The translations under genes were made by a program, and so were the position numbers. From Guillardia theta CCMP2712 (taxonomy: Eukaryota > Protista > Cryptophyta), in the NCBI RefSeq assembly GCF_000315625.1, contig NW_005434396.1:1-35208 (forward strand): 35,208 nucleotides of DNA, in the 5' to 3' direction. Of the stretch, positions 1 to 10,396 are shown one piece after another. The stretch's first letter is position 1; every line of letters starts with the position of its first letter. A model generated the notes under the pieces. That model did no database searches, was not told the origin of the DNA, and was given only the letters and a program-made list of their open reading frames with translations.

Positions 1-2451
1 GGAGCAGGAGAAGGAGCAGGAGCAGGAGTAGGACCAAGGAGCAGTAGCAGTAGCAGTAGCAGGAGCAGTAGCAGTAGCAGTAGCAGTAGCAGTAGCAGTA
101 GCAGTAGCAGTAGCAGTAGCAGGGGCAGGGGCAGGGGCAGGGGCAGGTCCGCACCTCCCGACGAGCCTTCAAGAACTCTTGCAGCAGCGCGTTGGGGTCG
201 TTCTCCTGTCAAGTCCTCGTGATCCCAAGCAAACCCCCTGCTAGTCCCCACCTGTACTCTTTGCGCTCTCTTCTCCGACGCGTTCATCTGTGCTACTGGC
301 TTGCCAGCTGAGTTTCCGTTGGGCAGGGGGGGCAGGCCGTTGGAGTGCGCTCCTATCCCGTTGGTGTAAGCTGTCGACTTGAGTCAGCAGGGAAGGAGGA
401 GCAGCAGGAGGACAACGATAATGGGTAGGAGGTAAAGGAGTAGGAGGAGGCAGAGGGAGGGAGGGGGGGGAGGAGAATCTTTACGTTGAGATGGAGCAGA
501 AGAGCTTGAGAGGGTCGAGGGGATCGGGTGGGCGTGACCTGATGTCAAAGTCAATGTGACTGCCCCACGTCGCAATTATGATTTGTCAAAGTTGACAGTT
601 ACCGTTGACATGAGCGGGGGGGTGCCTTTCGTTAGGATCGAGCTGCTGCTGCTCGGAAAGAAAGACGTCAAACAAGCCAAAACGAAAGTCGAGAAGTTCC
701 GGACCGGAGTGTCACGGATGGCGTAGACCATCTGCATGAGGCTGTCCAGTGCTTTCTTCTCAGCTGCCAGCCCAGCCATCACCCAGCAGGGACTTTGACA
801 GGGTCAAACTTCACCAGCCAGCCTCGACTTTTCCTTCATCAGCGATGCTCCTCCTCCAAACTTGTCGTAGGCAGCCCAGGAGGAGCGAACGACGTCGCAG
901 CACCTGGCCCAGGGGCGTCAGCTGCAGGAGGAGGAAGGGAGCCGGTCAGCGAGGTACCGTCTGGTGAAGGCAAGGGGATCTTGCGTTGGGTCTGGTCCAG
1001 CTGCAGTGTCCTGCTCGTTGACATCCTAGTCAGCTGCCGAGACTTGGCGGCCCGCCCGGTACCTTCACTGCAGCCCCGGCAGCTGGAGGATCCGATGGGG
1101 TTGGAGCTGGAGTCTGCGCAGCTCTAGACAACCAGCTGGAGGAGATGCACGTCAAGAGCTGAAGAGAACGAGCCAGGGAGGTCCCACCGATCTAACTTGG
1201 ACTTCTTGCCTCCATCATCGTCCGAGGCTGCGGCCCCAGGAGGAGGAGAAGGAGGAGGAGGCTGTTTTGCCCTCGACAGCCATCGGTCAAGCTTGTTGTT
1301 CCCACTTGCAGGAGCAGGAGACGTCTGGCTCAGGCGTCAGGGCTCTGACAAGAAACCTTCAGATCCCTCGCACCTGGTCTGCCACGTTCGGGGCCTCCGT
1401 CGCCGTCGCCTCTGGCTTGCTAGGGGCTGGAGCTGGGGCCCTTGACGGAGGGAGGAGAGTCAAGAGCTGGACAGGATCCCTCCTTCCTCCTCTCTCACTC
1501 GTTCGTCTTCCTCTCTCGTTCCACCGCCTCCTTCATCAACGACGCGAGCTCCACCAACACTGCAGTGACCATGAGTCTTATCCCCATGTGACAGCTGGTC
1601 GAGCAGAGAAATTCCTCCTTTACCTGTTTGCAGGACTCCAGTGGCTTCGTTGGCGTCCTTGGGCAGGGGAGGGACGACAATCTGAGCTGGAGGAGAGCTG
1701 AACTTGCCTGCATCTGGTACCGTCCCCTTGGACTGCATTGCATCCACAAGGCAGGATTGTACCTGTCAAGGAAGGAAAACTCTTATCTCAGACCAGCATC
1801 CCTCCAGCGCATCTCCCTCTCAGGAAATCTCGTTGAGCACAAAGGAAGCAAACACAAGAGAGCTGGCAAAAACAGATACCTTCTTCAACTCCTCCGGCTC
1901 CAGCAACTACAATATTCGTTACTCCAAAACTTCTCTTGCTTCGACACTATCCTCACCTTGATCAAGTTGCAGCACGCAACCAGCCCTTCGTTCTCCTTGT
2001 CTGCTCATACGTCAAAATACCTCAATACACCATCTTCCAGCATAATCCCTTCCACCACCATTCCCTCGGCTCTTAAAGTTTTCATCTCCTCTTTCGCATT
2101 TTCTTGTCTCCTTCCCAATTCCTTCCTCCCCCCCCCCTTTTTATCTCTCGTCTACCTGTGCACTGTTCGTTGTCCGCAGCATCCGCATGGCCGTTCATAG
2201 CTGGCTCTGCCTTAGCTCGTGAAAGCCATCTGTCCAGCTGTAGACAAAGTTCAGCCTTCGCACCATGCCAAGGGAGGGAGGAAAGCAGTAACCTTCTTGC
2301 CCTGGGGTGGAGCTGGAGCCTCTGCTGGGGTTTCATCTTGGAACGGCGGATCCACTTTCACCTTGTTCAGCCATCGAGCAAGCTTGCCTTCCGACATTGA
2401 AGGAGAGGGCAGGAGGCAGGAGGCAGGGGCAGAGGAGCTGGCAAAGAACAT
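1..2451 (-). CDS. Multi-exon hypothetical protein (3' end probably beyond window) with repeated KL(D/A)RWL(S/N)(R/K) motifs in Pro/Ala-rich linkers
   Basis: Manual splicing gives coherent GT-AG-bounded exons: MSEGKLARWLNKVK..PQGKK|LDRWLSRAKAEP, NNKLDRWLSRAKQPPP..KSKLDR|WLSRAAQTP, ..NASEKRAQRVQ|ENDPNALLQEFLKARRE. Start (2451 or 2397) and several internal exons are uncertain. No family recognised. Confidence 0.55.
42..146. repeat. (CAGTAG)n/(GCAGGG)n hexanucleotide microsatellite, probably intronic
   Basis: Visible tandem units. Confidence 0.9.
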
Positions 2452-3063
2452 TGCCGTCAGCTTCCGTTGAGAGTTGCTCAGTTCGGTTCGCGGTACATCG
2501 AGAGGACAGTGCCGATATTCAGAACGAACTATCTATACATATCTCCTCCTCCCTACTTCCTACCCTCCCCACTTCCCTCTTTCTCGTACTCTGCATACGT
2601 TTCCTTGCGATATTCCTGCACCCAACAATCATCCAACCACTCCATGATCTGCTTGTCGTCATGTACTATCCCTTCCTCTCCTCCTCCCTCCTCCCTCTAT
2701 CCCTTCCCCTTCCCTCAGCTTCCTCCGCCCTCTCACAGCTCCATCCCCCTCCCTCTCTCTCCTCTCCTTCCTCCTCTCTCATCTCTCTCCCTCTCCATCA
2801 TCTCTCTCCCTTCCCCTTCCCTCATCTCCTTCCTCCTCTTCCTCCTCTTCCTCCCCCCCGTCCCCCTCCCCCTCCCTCCCTGTCGCATTTCAACCTCGTC
2901 ACCTCCTGCATTTTTTCTCCAAAAATAGAAAATTTTGTTGCCCCCCTCGTCCCCCTGCATTACAAAACTTGAAAGGTGGGGCGGGCCCGCGGGTGGTCCG
3001 GTAACCAAGCGTCGAAGTGCAGCAGCACTGAGCTGTTCAGTGAAGTGCAGCAGGCCAGCAACA

Positions 3064-3327
<264 letters not shown>

Positions 3328-3786
3328 GAACCATCTCTCCGAGTACGGCAGCAGATTTTCTTATCTGACGAGGCCTTCTCCTCTTCCTCTTTGCCAGGTG
3401 TGTATCCACACAGTGACACACTTGAAGATCAATCACGGATCGAGCAAGGCTCATCTGGTGAAGACAGAGAAAAAAAAAAGTCTCGAAAATTTACTGTTGG
3501 TAAACTACAAAAGGATCGAAGGAGAAAACTGTCTTCTCATAGTTTGATGGCTCGTCTGTTCAACTTCACACCGAGCATTCGCAATGAAAGGCCTCTCACT
3601 TGACATGCGGCTCCTCATGGATACAGCAGAAACAAACTTCAAGCAAAGATCAAGTCAACACAAGTGAACACGTCCGGGCCGTAAGATATCCTGTCATACC
3701 CCTCCCTCCATCCCAGCTCCCCCCCACCAGGCTAGAGCAGTTTTCCGCTAGCCATTGTAGGGTCCTCTATGAGTGTTGCATCATAA

Positions 3787-3849
3787 ACGTATCTTTGTGG
3801 ATACAACACGTATCGTTGTGGATACAACACGTATCGTTATGGAAACAAC
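3787..3849. repeat. 3 x 21-bp tandem repeat (ACGTATCGTTGTGGATACAAC)
   Basis: Units at 3787, 3808 and 3829. Confidence 0.9.
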
Positions 3850-3881
3850 ACTCTCCTTGCTCCTGAAACGATAGGCTCTCT

Positions 3882-4454
3882 TTAGTTCAGCGTTGTTTCA
3901 CTCAACCATCTCATCTCAACTAACACCTCCACATGCTCCAGCGCCTCCTCCAGTAGCTCCCCGATCATTCCCTCCCTCCATACGTCCCTCCCTCCTCTTC
4001 CTCCTGCCCCTCTTCCTCCTGCCCCTCTCCCTCCGGCTCCCGTCTCCCTATCCTCCCCTCCCTCCCGACCCTTTTCTTGACCCTCTCCCTGCCCGCTCTG
4101 CAGTCCTCGTCCCGTCCTGTCGTACGGCCACCGCTTGATCCCCACCTCCTTGCACGCTCGCTTCAGCGCCGTCAGCGAGATCCCCTGCTCCCCCCGCACG
4201 TCAGCTCGCCGCCCCCGCCAAGCAAGAGAGGAGGAGAAGAAGGACGCGAGACTCACGAGGGTGTCGGCGGCGTCGGCCTGGCGGAGGGGGAGGAGGGGGG
4301 CGATGTCTTGGTAGGAGAGGTAGCGGACGGGCTTGCGGGGGAGGGCGAGGAGGGTGTGGGAGGAGGAGCGGCGGGGGACGATGCGGGCGACAGGAGGAGG
4401 GGGCAGAGGAGGCAGAGAGGAGGAGGAGGATGTCGCGTCAGGGGAGGATGCCAT
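3882..4454 (-). CDS. RWP-RK domain transcription factor, copy 1 (2 exons; intron 4185-4256)
   Basis: Removing the 72-nt GTGAGT..GCTGAC..CAG intron gives YLSYQDIAPLLPLRQADAADTL|GISLTALKRACKEVGIKRWPYDR, matching the RWP-RK pattern (LP..EAA..LG+S.T.LKR.CR..GI.RWP). C-terminal VWREGMIGELLEEALEHVE. Confidence 0.9.
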   Translation of the reverse strand: MASSPDATSSSSSLPPLPPPPVARIVPRRSSSHTLLALPRKPVRYLSYQDIAPLLPLRQADAADTLVSLASFFSSSLAWRGRRADVRGEQGISLTALKRACKEVGIKRWPYDRTGRGLQSGQGEGQEKGREGGEDRETGAGGRGAGGRGAGGRGGRDVWREGMIGELLEEALEHVEVLVEMRWLSETTLN

Positions 4455-4634
4455 AGTTTGATTGAATGCACACAGCGTGGGAGGGCGAAGGGTCAGATTG
4501 AACTAGACGAGGGGGGGGGGGACAGAGGAAGAGCAGGGAGAGGAGGAGGAAACTAGATGGGGGGAGCAGAAGAGTCGAGGAATAAAGTAGAGGAATAAAC
4601 TAGAAGAGATGGCTCTGTGACAACAATGTGCCAC

Positions 4635-4690
4635 AGGGTCAGGGGTATGGTCGAGTTACTCGAGGAGACAAGACTGAAATCGATCAGGTA
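4635..4690 (-). promoter_or_regulatory. Conserved upstream element A of RWP-RK copy 1
   Basis: AGGGTCAGGGGTATG..TTACTCGAGG..AAGACTGAAATCGATCAGGTA recurs upstream of copies 2 and 5 and, inverted, at 10327-10396. Regulatory role is inferred. Confidence 0.55.
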
Positions 4691-5197
4691 CGACCCCTGC
4701 CTTTCCACGACCTTTCACGATACCCCTGATGTGCCCCCAACTCCCCACCCTAGGGGCACAATCACGGGCTGAAGCCGTGCATTCTGGCCTACCCTACCGT
4801 GATGTTTTCAGTTCTGTCTCACTAAGTGAATCTCTTGTAGCTCGGACCTCTGAGCACCTGGACTGCTATACTGTAACAACCCCTCCCCGGGGCCCCGTGT
4901 CACGTTCCCGGCAGGAGCGCGAAGGGGTTAATGGCAGGACTGCGAGATTTCAGTCTTGTGGTCAATGTGAAAATGCAACAGGCAGGACCCTCGGGCTGCG
5001 AGAGCAGATGAGAGATAAGGCTGGCAAACATTGATGCATAGGCCACAGTAAAGATCTCGTGACGGTTACTCGTGACATTCTGCTGTAGTAAGATCGAAAG
5101 GCCGGGCCACTGCAGTGATGCCGCCGCGCTCGGGGTGTGGCCGGCGGTGGCGTACTAGCCAGGGCGCCCGGGCTCAGTCACTGTGTGCCGGGCTGTC

Positions 5198-5272
5198 GTG
5201 ACTGACTGACTCAGGCCTGATCGGACTGATTGACTGACTGACTGACTGACTGACTGACTGACTGACTGACTG
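5198..5272. repeat. (TGAC)n tetranucleotide microsatellite
   Basis: Visible tandem units. Confidence 0.9.
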
Positions 5273-6041
5273 CAGCCTTCAAGGCTTGTAGTCTTCAAGT
5301 AGTGCCACGGTGAGCGGAATCATCGAGTCCAAATGATCGGGAAGGCTTCCAGTGATCAGCTTCATCATTGACTTTTGAAAGTTGAGGTTTCTGCTTCAAA
5401 CTTGCCGCGGGGTAGGACTTCACTGCCGGGCAGTTGGATCGAACGGTCGGCAGGGTTCGGACTCGGACTCGACTCAGTGCAGTGATAGTCTTCCATCATC
5501 CTACACTGTCGCACAGGCCATACGGCAAGAAGAGAAAAGACAGTGACTCAGTGAGAACCAACCCTCATCCTGCCGACTGCTGTCCCCCAACTGGCAAACT
5601 TGACTGAGTAGTAGTAGCAATACAGTACGGTAGCGTCGAGCTCAATTAGGCTGATTGAAATCCAGTAGATCGAGTGCCTTCACAGCGATGATTGGATGCC
5701 TGACTTACTCCCCACCCCTCCCCCACCGTCATAATACTCGGATCAAGGCACCTCCGCTGGAACACATAGTACAGATGAAGGGTGGAGATATGAAGTTTAT
5801 TTGAGATGCAACACGACAGGTTCGTTGCATACTCAGAAGCCCTGGAACACCAGACCATTTCAAGTAGTTGTTGAGAAAGGACCATGTCATCACTTGCTGC
5901 TCACTCCCGCTCAATAAGATTCCTTCTTGCGGAGACTTGGGATCAATCACGGTCACAACAAAGAGCTCTGATACAGTCTTGAGGAAGCTGAGAGGATATA
6001 TGATCATCAAAGTGAAATAGTCATGTAATAACAGCCTCAAG

Positions 6042-6686
6042 CTACTTCGGTCCTCCATTGCTGTAACTTACCGCGTTCCTCCTCACTGCCACCTCCACAT
6101 GCTCCAGCGCCTCCTCCAGTAGCTCCCCAGCGCCTCCTTCCCTCCATTGCCCCCTTACCCCAGCCTCTTCTACACCCCCTCTCCTACCCCCTCTTGGTTT
6201 CCTGTCGTACGGCCACCGCTTGATCCCCACCTCCTTGCACGCTCGCTTCAGCGCCGTCAGCGAGATCCCCTGCTCCCCTCGTCGCACGTCAGCTCGCCGC
6301 CCCCGCCAAGCAAGAGAGGAGGAGAAGAAGAACGCGAGACTCACCAGAGTGTCGGCGGCGTCGGCCTGGCGGAGGGGGAGGAGGGGGGCGATGTCTTGGT
6401 AGGAGAGGTAGCGGACGGGCTTGCGGGGGAGGGCGAGGAGGGTGTGGGAGGAGGAGCGGCGGGGGACGACGCGGGCGATAGGAGGAGGGGGCAGAGGAGG
6501 CAAGGCTTGAGATGGATTGAGTGAAGGCAGCAATGATTCCGCGTGGTTAAGAGGAGAAGGAGATATGCACGGTGAGGATTGCAAGTAGGGAGAGGAGGAG
6601 CAGGAGGGACAGAAGGAGGAGGGAGAGGAGGGAGAGGAGGAGGGAGAGGAGGGAGAGGAGGAGGGAGAGGAGGAGGTGAAGGGCAT
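6042..6686 (-). CDS. RWP-RK domain transcription factor, copy 2 (intron 6270-6344)
   Basis: Same core (..GIKRWPYDRK), 75-nt intron at the same position, Ser/Pro-rich N-terminus, C-terminal QWREGGAGELLEEALEHVE. Confidence 0.9.
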   Translation of the reverse strand: MPFTSSSPSSSPSSPSSSPSSPSSFCPSCSSSPYLQSSPCISPSPLNHAESLLPSLNPSQALPPLPPPPIARVVPRRSSSHTLLALPRKPVRYLSYQDIAPLLPLRQADAADTLVSLAFFFSSSLAWRGRRADVRRGEQGISLTALKRACKEVGIKRWPYDRKPRGGRRGGVEEAGVRGQWREGGAGELLEEALEHVEVAVRRNAVSYSNGGPK

Positions 6687-6744
6687 GGAATGCCGTGATT
6701 GTGGACTTTATTACTGTGCGAAGATTGTCGGGGGAATATGAAGG

Positions 6745-6815
6745 TTTTGACTGCATGCAAGGGTCAGGGGTATGCTCGATTTACTCGAGGACGTAAGACT
6801 GAAATCGATCAGGTA
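6745..6815 (-). promoter_or_regulatory. Conserved upstream element A of RWP-RK copy 2
   Basis: ~70 nt matching the reverse complement of 10327-10396 with about 6 mismatches. Confidence 0.55.
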
Positions 6816-8345
6816 GCCCCACCCCCTCTTCAGTTCCGCCTCTCAATCTCTCCCCAGCGCACCCCGCCAAAGGGCTGGGCAGGCAGTTAAAACCAAGTTT
6901 TACGGCAAGGTAGACTAGCCGAACCGATGTTTGATCGATGCCTTTGTTGCACGTGAAGTTTATTGATCAACTCTCAAATTTATAGGGAAAGACAACAATC
7001 CTATCAAATTCGTACTCTTGATCTTCAAGACCAACTTCTTGTGCTCGTTGACCTTCTCAAAGACCAACTTGAATCGATTGGTAACGTTACCAACCTGCTC
7101 TTTGGAGCGACAATCCACTCCATCGGAATGATATTCTTTCGCGTCTTCCCCTCGATCAAATGTAGGTTTAGTGAGCACCCGAATCAGCATGCAAGAGTGT
7201 TGATGTAAATGTTGAGGTCAGTGTTGACATCCTTGCAAAAACATCAGGTGTTCAATGGTATGAGGCATCTGCACTTGTGTTGTTTACTACTACACAATCA
7301 GGGCAGGTTTTTTGCAAACACACCCTTCAACGGCAGATGTACCGTAACTCGCTTCTTCAATTCATGTGTTCATCATCAATTTCAACTGATACTTCTATCT
7401 GCTCTTTAGACTAGGTATCTTACAGATAAACTTGCAGCTGTCAAGATCTTCTCCTTGTTTTCATTCCGCACCCACGTCACTTGGCGATTGACAGGGCAAG
7501 AAGTTCAGTAATGTCGCAAACGGCAGCAGCAGTTTTTGCGGTCGTTACAGCAATCAATGTTCAAAGAGACCATTCTAGTTGTGCATCTAGCACCAAGAAT
7601 TCGATTTGTACAGTGTAAGACCTAGTCCATTGAAGTCATCGCAATGAAGCTGTATTGTATATAGCCAAGGGTATGAAGGAGCAACAGGGTAACGTATTGC
7701 AGCAGCTGGCTTCTAACTCAGCAACTTGTAGAAGAAAACTTGAGCATCTGCAGTCGCTCAGCTCAGCCTGACACCTTCGACGTCCTTGCTCGCCCTGACG
7801 CGGCTGCACTATTTAGCCCGCCATTCCACCAAAACAAAAAAAAAGAAAAAAAATTATTTTTGAACAAAAAAACAAGTGGGCAGCACCAGGATCTCACTGG
7901 CCGGCTTAACGCCGCTGCCACCCCCTCTCAGGGTCTGACCTGTGGCAGTTTCACTTAGAGCCTCGAGGCCGAAATCTCCTCACTCTCACCCCCTTCACAG
8001 CAGCACATCCCGTCGCAACTCGCGTGTGACTCAAGGGGAAAAATGGGGGTGGGTGGAATCACTCGCTCTGACTCCCCCTCCCAAGGGAGAGAAGCTCAAA
8101 CCTATAGGTGATTCACTTAGTGGAAGAAGACTGAAAACCCCGAGGTACAGGGTAGCATGTAAAACCTCGTTTCCAGAACCTTCAACACATGTATGTACCT
8201 CCTTCCCTGGCTCACGTTCCTCCATCTCGACTCTCTCTCTCTCCCCCCTCCTGTTCTTGCTCTCCCTCCTCCCATAGAAACCTCCTCCTCCTTACTGCCC
8301 TCCTCTCCCCTCTCCTCCCCCGGGCCTCGCTCCTTGCTAGCTCCC

Positions 8346-8910
8346 ATGCCCTCCTCGACACCTACCATCGAACACTTGCCTCCTCTGCCCCCTCCTCCTG
8401 TCGCCCGCGTCGTCCCCCGCCGCTCCTCCTCCCACACCCTCCTCGCCCTCCCCCGCAAGCCCGTCCGCTACCTCTCCTACCAAGACATCGCCCCCCTCCT
8501 CCCCCTCCGCCAGGCCGACGCCGCCGACACCCTCGTGAGTCTCGCCTCCTCCCTCTCCTCTTCTTGCTTGGCGGGGGCGGCGAGCTGACGTGCGGGGGGA
8601 GCAGGGGATCTCGCTGACGGCGCTGAAGCGAGCGTGCAAGGAGGTGGGGATCAAGCGGTGGCCGTATGACAGGACGGGACGAGGACTGGAGAGCGGAACA
8701 GACAAGGGGGTGGGGGAGGGGGAGGGTCAGCGAGAGGGTCGGGAGGGAGGGGAGGATAGGGAGACGGGGGCAGGAGGGAGCGGAGCAGGAGCAGGATCAG
8801 GATCAGGATCAGGAGGAGGGAGGGACGTATGGAGGGAGGGGATGATCGGGAAGCTACTGGAGGAGGCGTTGGAGCATGTGGAGGGCCACGTAAGGCATCA
8901 AACATGGTGA
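8346..8910 (+). CDS. RWP-RK domain transcription factor, copy 3 (intron 8535-8604; alternative upstream ATG 8193)
   Basis: A 70-nt intron containing an in-frame stop joins ORFs 8193-8588 and 8590-8910 into the RWP-RK domain. C-terminal VWREGMIGKLLEEALEHVEG. Confidence 0.9.
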
Positions 8911-9415
8911 TGTTTCATGTTTCTCTGCTTTTGCCCTGCTCCTTCTGCTCAGTTGCCCTCGCTGAGCTTGATCTTGTTAACGAGGCTGCAAGCTTCGTTC
9001 CCTTGTTGATATTGCGTCTGCTTTCCAAGAACAATCGCAGCCTGATGCTTGTCTTTCACATCTTACAAGAGATTTCTGACTGATTCAATAAAGAATGAAT
9101 CTGCTAAAAGAAATTGTACACCAACACCTTTGATTTTCCATCTTGTACATTTGGAAGATCGTCGCAGCGTTGGCAAAAATATCAACAAGAGTGCATGACA
9201 CACTGAAAAGCCTTGATCAAGTCGGTTTGACTTGTTGTATAAAAGTGTGATGGCATCTGTTTACGTCGAGAGTTCTTGACTTGAGCTCACTTGTTGTATA
9301 TGTTCCCGCGCCTCAGTCTCTAGATGCTCATGCGATTTGTGGGTCTTGTTTTCCTCTGGTCGTGCGAAGGCATGAAGTACTATGACAAGAGCAACATCCA
9401 GCGACGCAAGCCTTG

Positions 9416-9536
9416 ACGTGTTGCAAGAAGCAAACCTGTGTGACTTCCACGTGTTGCAAGAAGTCGCAAGCCTGCTGTGTTGTGACGTGTTGCAAGAAGC
9501 AGATGTGAAAATTGTACTGTGACGTGTTGCAAGGAG
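9416..9536. repeat. Four 15-bp direct repeats ACGTGTTGCAAG(A/G)AG with 18-22-bp variable spacers
   Basis: Repeats at 9416, 9449, 9485 and 9522. Confidence 0.85.
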
Positions 9537-9699
9537 CTGAAGGAGCTTGCTCTAAGGAAGCTGTAGGTCGACCCCACAGCAGTCTCATCCGCTTCGCAGG
9601 GAGCTTCCTTGGAATCAGAGTCTCCGCAGCTGGAAAGAAGGGAAGGATGAGGACTGGAAGGGGTGTTAGGACGAGGGGGGCAGGGGGAGTAGGGGAACG

Positions 9700-9789
9700 C
9701 AGCAGGAGCAGCAGTAGCAGCAGGCACAGGACAAGGAAAAGGAGCAGGAGCAGGAGCAGGAAAAGGCGCAGGAGCAGGAGCACTTGAAA

Positions 9790-9849
<60 letters not shown>

Positions 9850-10156
9850 TTGGAGCAGGACGTTGTCTCAGGGAGCAACGGTTTGGAATCCCCTCCTTGT
9901 ACGGCAGGGGATAGGTAGACGTGGGATGGTGGGGGGTCAACCTGGTTGATTTCAGTCTTACGTCCTCAAGCAGGAGCGCTTGAAAGAGCAGGAGCAGGGG
10001 CAGGAGCACGAGCAGGAGCACCAGCAGGAGCACCAGCAGGAGCACCAGCAGGAGCAGGCGCGGCACAGAAGAAGGTGCAGGCGCAGGCGCAGGCGCAGGA
10101 GAAGGAGCAGGAGCAGGAGCAGGAGCAGCAGCAGCAGCAGCAGCAGGAGCAGAAGA

Positions 10157-10236
<80 letters not shown>

Positions 10237-10357
10237 TTGGAGCAGGACGTTGTCTCAGGGAGCAACGGTTTGGAATCCCCTCCTTGTACGGCAGGGGATA
10301 GGTAGACGTGGGATGGTGGGGGGTCAACCTGGTTGATTTCAGTCTTACGTCCTCAAG
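9700..10357. repeat. (GCAGGA)n microsatellite block containing a direct duplication of a 122-bp unique segment (9849-9970 = 10236-10357)
   Basis: Identical segments 387 bp apart, each preceded by GAGCAG repeats. Confidence 0.9.
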
Positions 10358-10396
10358 TAAATTGAGCATACCTCTGACCCTTGAATGCAGTCAAAA
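10327..10396 (+). promoter_or_regulatory. Orphan copy of RWP-RK upstream element A, oriented for a plus-strand gene
   Basis: Reverse complement of 6745-6815; nearest downstream RWP-RK sequence is the fragment at 11613. Confidence 0.5.

Noticed and set aside
1628-2200. 190-aa plus-strand ORF
   Set aside because: Antisense to the spliced minus-strand gene, non-ATG start, no recognisable features
9416-9536. CRISPR array
   Set aside because: Repeats are only 15 bp and spacers 18-22 bp, the context is eukaryotic and intron-rich, and no cas genes are present
9380-10369. 329-aa Pro/Ala-rich ORF
   Set aside because: Composed of (CTCCTG)n microsatellite and a duplicated non-coding segment overlapping element A; no other coding evidence
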